A model generated the notes under the pieces. The model saw nothing but the letters and a program-made list of their open reading frames with translations. It was not told the origin of the DNA and did no database searches. The translations under genes and the position numbers were made by a program. 64,000 nt of DNA, taken from positions 5,873-69,872 of the forward strand of contig CBDUQI010000002.1 of the NCBI GenBank assembly GCA_965369325.1, read 5' to 3'. Below, in pieces: positions 55,229 to 63,768 of this stretch (the first letter of the stretch is position 1; each line of letters opens with the position of its first letter). This DNA is from an uncultured Gammaproteobacteria bacterium. Its GTDB lineage: Bacteria; Pseudomonadota; Gammaproteobacteria; Steroidobacterales; JBCBZW01.

Positions 55229-57211
55229 ATGGACAAGCGTCAGATGAAGATGGTCGAGGTATTGCGCCGCGGCGTTGAACAACACCAACGTGGCGAGTTG
55301 AATGACGCGCGTCGTAATTATCTTGAGTTCCTGCGCGTGTTCCCGGAGAACACACAGGCGCTGCATCTGCTTGGCAGCGCCGAGGCGCAGGCCGGGAACT
55401 TGAATGCGGCCGAGAGCAGTTTGCGTAAAGCGACCCGAGCCAGTGACGCGCAGGCCGCGCATTGCAATACGCTGGCCACGGTGCTGAAGCAAAAGAAGGA
55501 GATGGAGGAGGCTCTCATCTGGTTTGATCGCGCACTGGAACTGGAACCTGGCTTTGGTCCCGCTTGGCACAATCGCGGACGCCTGCGTCACAGTCTTGGT
55601 CAGTTCGATGCCGCCACCGCAGACTTGCGCGCCGCTGCGGAGCTAATGCCCGGCAATGCGCGCGTGCACAACGATCTTGGCATGTTGTACGAGTCGCAAG
55701 GCATGTTCGTCGAGGCAGTAAGCTGCTTCGAGCAGGCGATTCGCGCCGACGTCAAGTACGTCTATGCACACAACAATCTTGGGGCCATACACCTCACCTG
55801 CGGTCGGTTGCCGCAGGCGGCACGTTGTTTCGAGCAGGCGATTAATTGCGACCCTAACTTTGCCAGCGCGCACGACAATCTGGGGCTGGTGCTGAGCGAG
55901 CAGGGGCGGGCACAGGAGGCGTTGGCTTGCCACGCACGCGCCGCCGCGCTGGCGCCGGAACGGCCTTCGCCACTGGCCAATCAGGGCACCGTGTTGCAAG
56001 GTCTTGGCCAGATTGACGAGGCGCAGGCGCGCTTTCGCGCCGCGCTTGCGCTGGATGAGGCCAGCCCTCTGGCACTGGCCGGGCTGGCGGAACTGCACGA
56101 GTGGCGCGGGGAGTATCAAGAGGGCCTGACTCTGGTGGAGACCCCAGCCAATGAGGACAAGCCTCACCCCGATGTGGTGCTGGCCTGTGCGCGTCTGCTG
56201 CGGCGAGTTTACCGCGTGCCAGAGGCGATTGATCTGCTTCAGCCCTGGCTCGATCAGGTGGAGCAACTGGGGAATGTGCGGGCACGCTATCTGCACTTTA
56301 CCCTCGGCCATCTGTTGGACGATGAAGGATGTTACGCCGAGGCGTTCAAGCAATTTGAGTTGGGCAACCGAAGGCGCGGGGCCACCTTCGATCCGGCCCG
56401 CTGGTCCGCTTACGTGGACAGCATGATCGCGATGTTCTCCGTGCGCCGCATGCGCGATCTGCCCCGTGCCAGTGAGTTGCCCGCGCCTATGGTGTTTATC
56501 GTAGGCATGCCACGCTCAGGGACGTCGCTGGCTGAGCAGATCCTGGCCGGGCACCCGCAAGTGCTGGCAGCCGGTGAGCGCGCACAACTGGGCCAGCTGG
56601 CGCAGGCGCTGCCAGCGCGGCTGGGTACGGATGCGCCTTACCCAATGTGCGTAGCAAGCGTGGATCAGTCGGTTCTGCAGGGCATGGGCCGCGAGTACAG
56701 CGTTGATCTGACGCCGTTGCCCGACGGCGTGGATGTGGTCACCGACAAGATGCCGCTTAACTTCCATCACATTGGTCTTGCCATGCTGATGTTTCCCAAC
56801 GCGCGGGTGATCCACTGTACCCGTGATGCGGTGGATACCTGTTTGTCGTGCTACTTTCAGGACTTCCCGGATCCGGCGCTTAACTTCAGCACACGTTTGC
56901 GTGATACCGCTGAGTACTATCGTGACTATCGGCGTCTGATGCGGCACTGGGCGAGCCTGCCCGGATTGAGAATGATGGAGCTCAATTACGAAGCGTTGGT
57001 GGAGGACACCGAAGGGCAGACGCAGGCGTTGCTGCGATTTTTGCAACTGCCGTGGGACGATACCTGCCTGCGGTTCTATGAATCTGCACACAACCAACAT
57101 ACCGCCAGCCATGCGCAAGTGCGTCGACCCATCTACGCAAGCGCCGTCGGGCGTCGTCATCACTACCGTGATTTTCTGGGCGATCTGCGCTCGCAGATCG
57201 ACCGTCCCTGA
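55229..57211 (+). CDS. TPR-repeat + sulfotransferase protein 3
   Basis: FIVGMPRSGTSLAEQI and CTRDAVDTCLSCYF. ATG 55229 (MDKRQMKMVEVLRRG) is preferred over the track's TTG 55154. Confidence 0.85.
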   Translation: MDKRQMKMVEVLRRGVEQHQRGELNDARRNYLEFLRVFPENTQALHLLGSAEAQAGNLNAAESSLRKATRASDAQAAHCNTLATVLKQKKEMEEALIWFDRALELEPGFGPAWHNRGRLRHSLGQFDAATADLRAAAELMPGNARVHNDLGMLYESQGMFVEAVSCFEQAIRADVKYVYAHNNLGAIHLTCGRLPQAARCFEQAINCDPNFASAHDNLGLVLSEQGRAQEALACHARAAALAPERPSPLANQGTVLQGLGQIDEAQARFRAALALDEASPLALAGLAELHEWRGEYQEGLTLVETPANEDKPHPDVVLACARLLRRVYRVPEAIDLLQPWLDQVEQLGNVRARYLHFTLGHLLDDEGCYAEAFKQFELGNRRRGATFDPARWSAYVDSMIAMFSVRRMRDLPRASELPAPMVFIVGMPRSGTSLAEQILAGHPQVLAAGERAQLGQLAQALPARLGTDAPYPMCVASVDQSVLQGMGREYSVDLTPLPDGVDVVTDKMPLNFHHIGLAMLMFPNARVIHCTRDAVDTCLSCYFQDFPDPALNFSTRLRDTAEYYRDYRRLMRHWASLPGLRMMELNYEALVEDTEGQTQALLRFLQLPWDDTCLRFYESAHNQHTASHAQVRRPIYASAVGRRHHYRDFLGDLRSQIDRP

Positions 57212-57216
57212 GCGCC

Positions 57217-58647
57217 ATGGGCGATCCGGCCAGCGCTGAGCAGCAGGCGCTAAGCGCGCTTGGTAAGGCCCGGCATGCCCGTGCGCAGGACGATCTTGCG
57301 CAAGCCGAGCAACACTATCAACAGGTGTTGGCTTATGCCGGCGCGGCCGGGCGTCGCACCTTCTGTGAGGCGTGCGCCGAACTGGGGTTTGTGTATCTGC
57401 TCCGTAGACGACACGATCAAAGTCGCGCGTTGTTCGAGCGCGCCCTGGGAGTCATGCCGGCGCTTGCCGCGGCGCGGTACGGCATGGGGTTGCTGGACGC
57501 GCTGGCCGGTGCGTTCGAGCCGGCGCTCGCCCGTTTTCGCGCGTTGCTGCGAGAGTATCCACATATGGGTGAGGCGGCCCAGCAATTGGTGGCCAGCAAA
57601 CGTTTTGAACACGCGGATGATGCGGATATCGGGCTCATCGAGGCCGCTCTTACTCAGGCTGAGGCGCTGCCGAGCGCACGTGAGAAGCTGTCCTTCGCGC
57701 TGGCCAAAGCACTGGACGACTGCGGCGAATGGGCGCGCGCGTTTTACTTCGCACAGCAAGCCAATCGGCTAAAAAAAGCCCGTTGTGCGCCGTTTGATGC
57801 GCTCGCCGCTTGCCGCTACCTGGAAGGCATTGCTGAAGTGTTCGATCGCAGCACGGTGCAACAGATGGGACCTGCACCCGCGCAGGCCTTGCAGGCGCAC
57901 AAGCCGCCACGTCCGGTATTCATCGTTGGCATGCCACGCTCAGGCACTACGCTGCTTGAGCAGATGTTAAGTGCCCATCCGCAGGTGCACACCGCCGGCG
58001 AACAGGCGATTGTGGATGAGGCCACCTTGGGTGCGTTGATGCCGTACCCGCAAAGCTGCCGGGAGGGCGGCGATGCGCGGCTTGCGCCCATCCGTCAGGC
58101 GTACACCCAGATGTTGCGCGCACATGCCAACGCGAAGCCGAGCTCGCGCGTGATACTGGATAAGTACCCGATGAACTTCCTTCACCTGGGGCTTATCCGC
58201 CAACTATTTCCGGAGGCCGTGTTGATTCACAGCTATCGGCATCCGGCGGATACTTGCCTGTCGATTTATTTCCAGGACTTTCGCAGCGGCAACCTGTACG
58301 CCAACAATCTGCAGGACCTTGCCGGCACCTATCGCAGCTACTGCGAATTAATGCAGCACTGGCATCGGATGCTTCCGGGGCAGATTTTTGACTGCGAGTA
58401 CGAGGCCCTGGTGGCAAACCCGGAAACGGTGATACGCGAGGTGCTGGCCCATTGCGGTCTCGGATTTGATCCGGCTTGTCTCGCACACACGTCCAATCCT
58501 GGCATGGTGGATACGCTCAGCCGTTGGCAGGTGCGCCAGCCCATCTACACGCGGGCGGTAGGGCGCTGGCGCCACTACGAGGAGTTTATCGGCGCGTTGG
58601 TTGCACTGCCCGAATTCTCGCCAGCGAATCGAGACATCCAGGCATGA
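57217..58647 (+). CDS. TPR-repeat + sulfotransferase protein 4
   Basis: FIVGMPRSGTTLLEQM and SYRHPADTCLSIYF. The start lies 5 nt after the upstream stop. The 3' end overlaps the convergent 58575 gene by 73 nt. Confidence 0.85.
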   Translation: MGDPASAEQQALSALGKARHARAQDDLAQAEQHYQQVLAYAGAAGRRTFCEACAELGFVYLLRRRHDQSRALFERALGVMPALAAARYGMGLLDALAGAFEPALARFRALLREYPHMGEAAQQLVASKRFEHADDADIGLIEAALTQAEALPSAREKLSFALAKALDDCGEWARAFYFAQQANRLKKARCAPFDALAACRYLEGIAEVFDRSTVQQMGPAPAQALQAHKPPRPVFIVGMPRSGTTLLEQMLSAHPQVHTAGEQAIVDEATLGALMPYPQSCREGGDARLAPIRQAYTQMLRAHANAKPSSRVILDKYPMNFLHLGLIRQLFPEAVLIHSYRHPADTCLSIYFQDFRSGNLYANNLQDLAGTYRSYCELMQHWHRMLPGQIFDCEYEALVANPETVIREVLAHCGLGFDPACLAHTSNPGMVDTLSRWQVRQPIYTRAVGRWRHYEEFIGALVALPEFSPANRDIQA

Positions 58648-59930
58648 CGGCTGGCAAAGAACTGCTGTAAGCCAAAAATTTCGGCGTCATTCAAGGCGGG
58701 ATGCCAGACTTCAAAAATCAGCACACCACGTAATTCATCACTGCGGTTCCACGCCTCATGTTCAAAGCTGTCATCAAAAATCAGCAGCTCACCGGGCATC
58801 CACTGGCGCGTTTGCTCGCCCACGCGGATCGCGCAGTCTGAAGGGATCTGCACGGCCAAGTGAACGGTCAGACGCACGTTCATCTGGCCGTAGTGCGGCA
58901 CGATGTGCGCGCCCGGCTCCAGCAACGAGAAGAACACCTCCGGCATGTAGCCATCGGCACGCGCCAGCGGTAGCTCGTCCATCAGCGCGCTAGTGCGTGG
59001 GCAACGTTTGCGGTTGGTTTCCAGCGCGCCCGCGCGGTCCAGGTGGAAGGCCGTCCAGTTGCGCGAGCCGGCCAGGGTTGAGAAGTCAGTGCCCTGCGGC
59101 GTCACCGCGTCGCCGCCATCACCGGTACCGTGGATATAGGGCTCAAATTGCTCGTGGTGACCGAGTAGCGCCTGGTACTCATCCGCAATCATGGCGAACT
59201 GCGCTCGCACGCGCTCGGCCCAGGCAAATTCCTCTGCCTCGTACCAGGCGCGCGCTGGCATCTGCGGCATCAGCAGGAACTCAGGGCGTTGTTGCGGATG
59301 CAGCCATTGTTTAGATACCTGGCCGCGCAAAATGGCAAAACATTGCGCGAGCCGTTGCGTGGCATCCTTGCCGTCCCGCTCGCGGGCTAGCTGCAATGCA
59401 TCCTCGAGCATACCCACATAGTGCTGGCGCAGGGTTTTTTGCGCGGTTGCCACTTGCTCGCGCATGCCGGTGGGAAGGCGCGTGTCGTTGCTGGCGGCAC
59501 TTAGCGCGGGTTGCACCGCCAGCGCGTGCTGAAAACTCGCAGCCGCATCCTCTTGTCGTTGCAGTTGCAGTTCCAGCAGACCTTTACGAATTAGGATCAT
59601 GCCTTGTTCGGGTTGTAACCGATGAGCCTCATGCAGCGCTTGCACCGCAGCGTGCAGTTCGCCGCTGGCGGCCAGCAGCAAGGCATATCGAAAACGGCTC
59701 TCCGGATGTGTAGGGTGCTTGGCAATCGCGACTTCCAGCAGTTGCCGGGCCTGATCCAGGTTGCCGGTATTGGCAGCGATCTGCGCCAGGCCCAGGCGCG
59801 CCTGCAGATGTTCAGGAGCCAGCTGCAACGCGCGGCGAAAACAACCTATTGCCTCGGGCAGCTGTCCCTGCTCAAGCGCTTGTTTGCCCCGTTGCACGAG
59901 CGCATCCGGAGACTGCGAGCCACCGGGCAC
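58575..59930 (-). CDS. TPR-repeat + aspartyl/asparaginyl beta-hydroxylase domain protein, paralog 2
   Basis: Same architecture and motifs as the 15884 gene: HPQQRPEFLLMP, LEPGAHIVPHYG, RLTVHLAV, FDDSFEHEAWNRS. The GTG start shares one nt with the upstream stop (TAGTG). Confidence 0.85.
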   Translation of the reverse strand: MPGGSQSPDALVQRGKQALEQGQLPEAIGCFRRALQLAPEHLQARLGLAQIAANTGNLDQARQLLEVAIAKHPTHPESRFRYALLLAASGELHAAVQALHEAHRLQPEQGMILIRKGLLELQLQRQEDAAASFQHALAVQPALSAASNDTRLPTGMREQVATAQKTLRQHYVGMLEDALQLARERDGKDATQRLAQCFAILRGQVSKQWLHPQQRPEFLLMPQMPARAWYEAEEFAWAERVRAQFAMIADEYQALLGHHEQFEPYIHGTGDGGDAVTPQGTDFSTLAGSRNWTAFHLDRAGALETNRKRCPRTSALMDELPLARADGYMPEVFFSLLEPGAHIVPHYGQMNVRLTVHLAVQIPSDCAIRVGEQTRQWMPGELLIFDDSFEHEAWNRSDELRGVLIFEVWHPALNDAEIFGLQQFFASRHAWMSRFAGENSGSATNAPINSS

Positions 59931-60580
59931 TACTTCATCCGCATCATGCAGTTAAACGCCACCACAATGCGTGGCCGCTGCCCCACATAGGCGAAAATCT
60001 CGTGCAGCAGGTACGAGGGGAAGATCACCAGCTTACCCGGCGCATGTTGCACCTGGAAGACACCCTGGTTAGCGGGCATGACCAGCCGCTGATTGCCAGC
60101 ATCCAGATACATGTCGGCCATCCCGCGCGGGTCGTGAAAGCGCACGGCGCCACTGTCGGGATGTTGCTTGCTGGTATCGCCTGGGTCTACGCAGAATACG
60201 CCTGACCAGGAGGCGTTCTGATGGTTATGCAACCCCTGAAAACCGCCATTTCGGGTCACATGAAACCATGCGTGGTATTCAAAGTGCAGCCGTTGCAGCT
60301 CCTCGGGTGAGTAGTCCGTGGTGCGATTGATGAGTTGCGCCAGACTGCTGTGGCAGAACCCGGCCAGTGTGCGCACCGGCGGGTCTGGCCAGTTAAATAG
60401 GTCGAAGTTGCTTTCAAACAGCGCCCCTTGCTGGGTGGAGCGGTGGGTCTTATTGCGGTACTGGTCACCGGCCTGCTCGCGGGCGATAAATAGCTCGGAC
60501 AGTTGTCCCAGCAGTGCGTGCTGCTCCGGCGGCAGCACGAATTCGGCAAACGGGACGGCGAACAGATGGGCAATTTTCAT
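59930..60580 (-). CDS. Stand-alone Fe(II)/2OG-oxygenase-like protein (TIGR02466 / 2OG-FeII_Oxy_5-like)
   Basis: GLHNHQNASWSGVFCV ... KLVIFPSYLLHEI ... RIVVAFN. Clear paralog of the oxygenase domain inside the 60610 fusion gene. Confidence 0.75.
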   Translation of the reverse strand: MKIAHLFAVPFAEFVLPPEQHALLGQLSELFIAREQAGDQYRNKTHRSTQQGALFESNFDLFNWPDPPVRTLAGFCHSSLAQLINRTTDYSPEELQRLHFEYHAWFHVTRNGGFQGLHNHQNASWSGVFCVDPGDTSKQHPDSGAVRFHDPRGMADMYLDAGNQRLVMPANQGVFQVQHAPGKLVIFPSYLLHEIFAYVGQRPRIVVAFNCMMRMK

Positions 60581-60609
60581 GGGCTTTTTGGCAGCGTCGA
60601 GGCGCCCGG

Positions 60610-63570
60610 TCAGCGGCGTCGGCGCGTCGTTTCAAGCCCCAGCGCCTGGCGCAACGGCCCAAGGTGATGACGATATTTGCGCCATCGGCCCACGGAGGAT
60701 TTGTAAGCGGGCTGGCGCACTTGCACGTGGCTGGCGGTGTTTACGACCCGATGGTTCTTGTGAAAGGCCAGACAGTCCTCGGACCAGGGCACGTCCAAGT
60801 ACTCCAGCATGAGTCGGGCTTGCCCTTCGATGTCGTCCACCAGTTCCTCGTACTGCACTTCCAGAATGCCGCCGGGCAGGATGGCACGCCAGTGATCCAT
60901 CAAGTTCTGATAGGTGAGATAAGTGCCGCCGACTTCGCGCAAGTCGTTGGTGAACCCGCGGTCGGCCGCGAACGAGGTGAAGTAACACGACAGGCAGGTG
61001 TCCATTGGATCACGTACCACGTGAATGATGCGCACGTTGGGCATCATCATGCGCGCCAGCCCCAGCAACGTGTAGTTGAAGGGCATTTTATCGGTGATCC
61101 TGAGCGCATCCGGGTTTAGTGCGCGCAAGCGCCCGGCGTAGTGCTCACCCACCTGCCGCCAGCCTTCCTCCTGCACCTCGCGCACCGATTCGGGGAGTTG
61201 CCCGTTTGCGGGCAACCAGGGGCCAATGCGACTGATACTGCGCCATAGATCGTTAAGCTCGCCGCCCCCGTGTATCTGCGGATGGCTGTCGAGAATCTGC
61301 TCGACCAACGTGGTGCCCGAGCGTGGCATGCCAACAATAAGCACGGGATGTTGTGCCGGCGTGCCACGCGGCTCGCGCGAGGCGAATACCGAGGGCGAGA
61401 AGGCTCGAATAATGCGTTCGGTATTGGCTTTTTCGTTTTCCAGATCGAACTGAACTTTGCGTCGCTTGAAGGCATTGGCCGCAGTGAAGTGTCTGAACGC
61501 TACCTCATGATCACCCAGGTTGTCGTAGGCGCGCCCGAGAGTAAAGTGCATGAGTGAGCGGTCCGATTCCGGTAACGCCTCGCCCTTGGCCAGCGACTCA
61601 TGCAATGCCGCAATCTGCGGGTCGTCATTGCGCCAGGTTTTGACAAACGCTAGGCCGTAATGAGCCGCGCCGCTGTCGGGGTTGGTCGCCAGGGCCTGCT
61701 GGTAGGACTCGCTAGCCTGCTCGAACATACCCATATCAGTGAACAGCGAGGCACGTGCAATTAGCAAAGCAACATCGTGCGGTGCCAGTAACAAGCCGGC
61801 CTCGTAGGCGGCTAGGGCTTCGCCCATGCGTTGCTCCTGGCGCAGCGCATTGGCCAGTTCGCGGCAATGGGAAACTTCCTCGGGCGCGAGCCCGCTGGCG
61901 CGTGCGAAATGCTGGCTCGCCGCGGCGAAGTCGGCCGTGCGGATGGCCACCTGACCTAGAACGTGCCAGCCCTCGGCGAGGTCCGGCGCGGACTGGGTCA
62001 TTGCCTCAGCCAGCCGCGTCGCTTCATCCATCTTGCCTTGCTGCAGGGCTATACGTGCGCGATCAAGGTCGCTGCTCGGGTCCTGTGTGCGAACCGGTAC
62101 CGGCGGCTTATCCAGCGGCAGTACATCAAAGGCGATGCTGATGCGCGAGCGATCACCCTCGAACGGGACTGTGCTGTGATAAAGATAGGATGGGAACAGC
62201 ACCAGTTGCCCTTCGACCGGCAGCACCGTACGGATGATGGGGGTTGCAGTGCTCTTCAGCTGCCCCGGCGGATGACCGAACTGAAGAGAACCTGCGCTCT
62301 GTTCGCGCTGTTCATCAACTGCCTCATCCGGCACGCACACGTAGTAAACGCCGCTCACCCATCCATCCGGGTGGATATGCGGGCGCTGATGGCCACCTCG
62401 CTCAAGCACGGTGGCCCATATGTGCAGACGCCAGTGGGCGGGCTGCCATGCCAAATACGGGTGGTCATCGCTGCCGACCGCGGCCAGGCGCTGGAAGTAG
62501 TCATTCACCGCCTGGTTGATGTGTTGCACCAAGTCCACGATCGGGCCGGTATCGCCCTCCAGCAGGTTTCGCGTCTGCTGCCCGCCGGTGGTCGTTTTGC
62601 CGGCGGGGTCCGGCGCCAGCGTGGGATGCTGCAGAATATGCTGCGCGAGACGTCGGTTCAGATCGGCCAGCGCGTCGTCCTGCCCGGTACCCGAAGCGTC
62701 GGCCGAAAACTGCAGAGCTTGCGTATGCACCAGCTGCTCGAGCCTAAGCAGCCGCATGGCGCTTTGGCTGTCACCGGCTTCGGTATGCGCGATGATTTGC
62801 AGCGACATCGCCGAGCGGTTACCCGGATCGACCCTCAGTACGGCCTGGGTGCGCGCGATAGCCTCGCCCGAGCGGCCGCGGGCAAGTTGCAGCGCGGCCA
62901 GATTGCATCCGGCCTGTACCATCGCAGGGTCCAGACGCAATGCTTCAGTGTAGGCTTGGATGGCCGCGTCAATATTATCCTGTGCCTGATAAGCGATGCC
63001 CAGATTGGAGTGGATCCCGGGCTCATCGGGCGCCAGGCTAAGTGCCTGCTGATACACCAAGATGGCAGCGCCATCCTGCTGGTCTGCATGCAGGGCGCTG
63101 GCGTAGTTGGACAGCAGTTGCGGATCGTTGCCCGCAAGCGGCAGCGCAGTTTCGTATGTCTCGATGGCTTTGCGCAACTGCCCGGCATTGCGTAGTTGGT
63201 TAGCCAGGTTGGTCCAGGCGGTCGCGTGAGAAGGGTCCAGTGCGGTGGCTTGCCGCGACCAGCTGATCGCCTCATCCAGGCGGCCTTCACCCTGCAGTAT
63301 CAGACCCAGGTTTACGTAGTAGTCGGGATTGGCATGAACGGCAATGGCACGCTGGATGAGCGACACCGCCGAGGCGATCTGGCGTGCATCAGCTGCCAGC
63401 AACCCCAGTAGGTGCATGGCATCGGGGTGTTGCGGGTTAATTCCGAGTATCTGCCGACACAGGCGTTCAGCCATAGCAAGGTGCCCGGCAGAGTGTTCTC
63501 CGACCGCTTGCGCATATAGCTGTGTGACGCTGATTTGTTCCACCGGCATCTCGATACCGACCCCTACCAA
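60610..63570 (-). CDS. Four-module fusion: TPR - Fe(II)/2OG-oxygenase-like domain - TPR - sulfotransferase
   Basis: aa 1-265 are TPR. aa about 275-505 form the oxygenase domain (HIHPDG at 62379-62362, GWVSGVYYV, LVLFPSYLYHS, RISIAFD). aa about 515-700 are TPR. aa about 720-986 form the sulfotransferase (LIVGMPRSGTTLVEQI, VVRDPMDTCLSCYF). The likely initiation codon is ATG 63549; TTG 63570 is the track start. Confidence 0.85.
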   Translation of the reverse strand: MVGVGIEMPVEQISVTQLYAQAVGEHSAGHLAMAERLCRQILGINPQHPDAMHLLGLLAADARQIASAVSLIQRAIAVHANPDYYVNLGLILQGEGRLDEAISWSRQATALDPSHATAWTNLANQLRNAGQLRKAIETYETALPLAGNDPQLLSNYASALHADQQDGAAILVYQQALSLAPDEPGIHSNLGIAYQAQDNIDAAIQAYTEALRLDPAMVQAGCNLAALQLARGRSGEAIARTQAVLRVDPGNRSAMSLQIIAHTEAGDSQSAMRLLRLEQLVHTQALQFSADASGTGQDDALADLNRRLAQHILQHPTLAPDPAGKTTTGGQQTRNLLEGDTGPIVDLVQHINQAVNDYFQRLAAVGSDDHPYLAWQPAHWRLHIWATVLERGGHQRPHIHPDGWVSGVYYVCVPDEAVDEQREQSAGSLQFGHPPGQLKSTATPIIRTVLPVEGQLVLFPSYLYHSTVPFEGDRSRISIAFDVLPLDKPPVPVRTQDPSSDLDRARIALQQGKMDEATRLAEAMTQSAPDLAEGWHVLGQVAIRTADFAAASQHFARASGLAPEEVSHCRELANALRQEQRMGEALAAYEAGLLLAPHDVALLIARASLFTDMGMFEQASESYQQALATNPDSGAAHYGLAFVKTWRNDDPQIAALHESLAKGEALPESDRSLMHFTLGRAYDNLGDHEVAFRHFTAANAFKRRKVQFDLENEKANTERIIRAFSPSVFASREPRGTPAQHPVLIVGMPRSGTTLVEQILDSHPQIHGGGELNDLWRSISRIGPWLPANGQLPESVREVQEEGWRQVGEHYAGRLRALNPDALRITDKMPFNYTLLGLARMMMPNVRIIHVVRDPMDTCLSCYFTSFAADRGFTNDLREVGGTYLTYQNLMDHWRAILPGGILEVQYEELVDDIEGQARLMLEYLDVPWSEDCLAFHKNHRVVNTASHVQVRQPAYKSSVGRWRKYRHHLGPLRQALGLETTRRRR

Positions 63571-63768
63571 TCAGCATGTTGGCGAAAACCGAGCGGATCG
63601 GCAAGCCGGATGTTGTAGCCGGGGCGCTGTGACGCGAACAGCCTCTGTGCAATGCACTCGCACGCAGCTAAATCCGGGCTCCGAGCGCGCAGGGCGCAAT
63701 GGCATTCCAGAGGCTACATAACTATACTGGTTTCGCATCTGGGTAGGATGCTGTGGAGCCAGGGCGCA

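Noticed and set aside
61963-63195. 410-aa + strand ORF
   Set aside because: It is entirely antisense to the well-supported TPR-oxygenase-TPR-sulfotransferase gene and has no recognisable domains. Shadow ORF.
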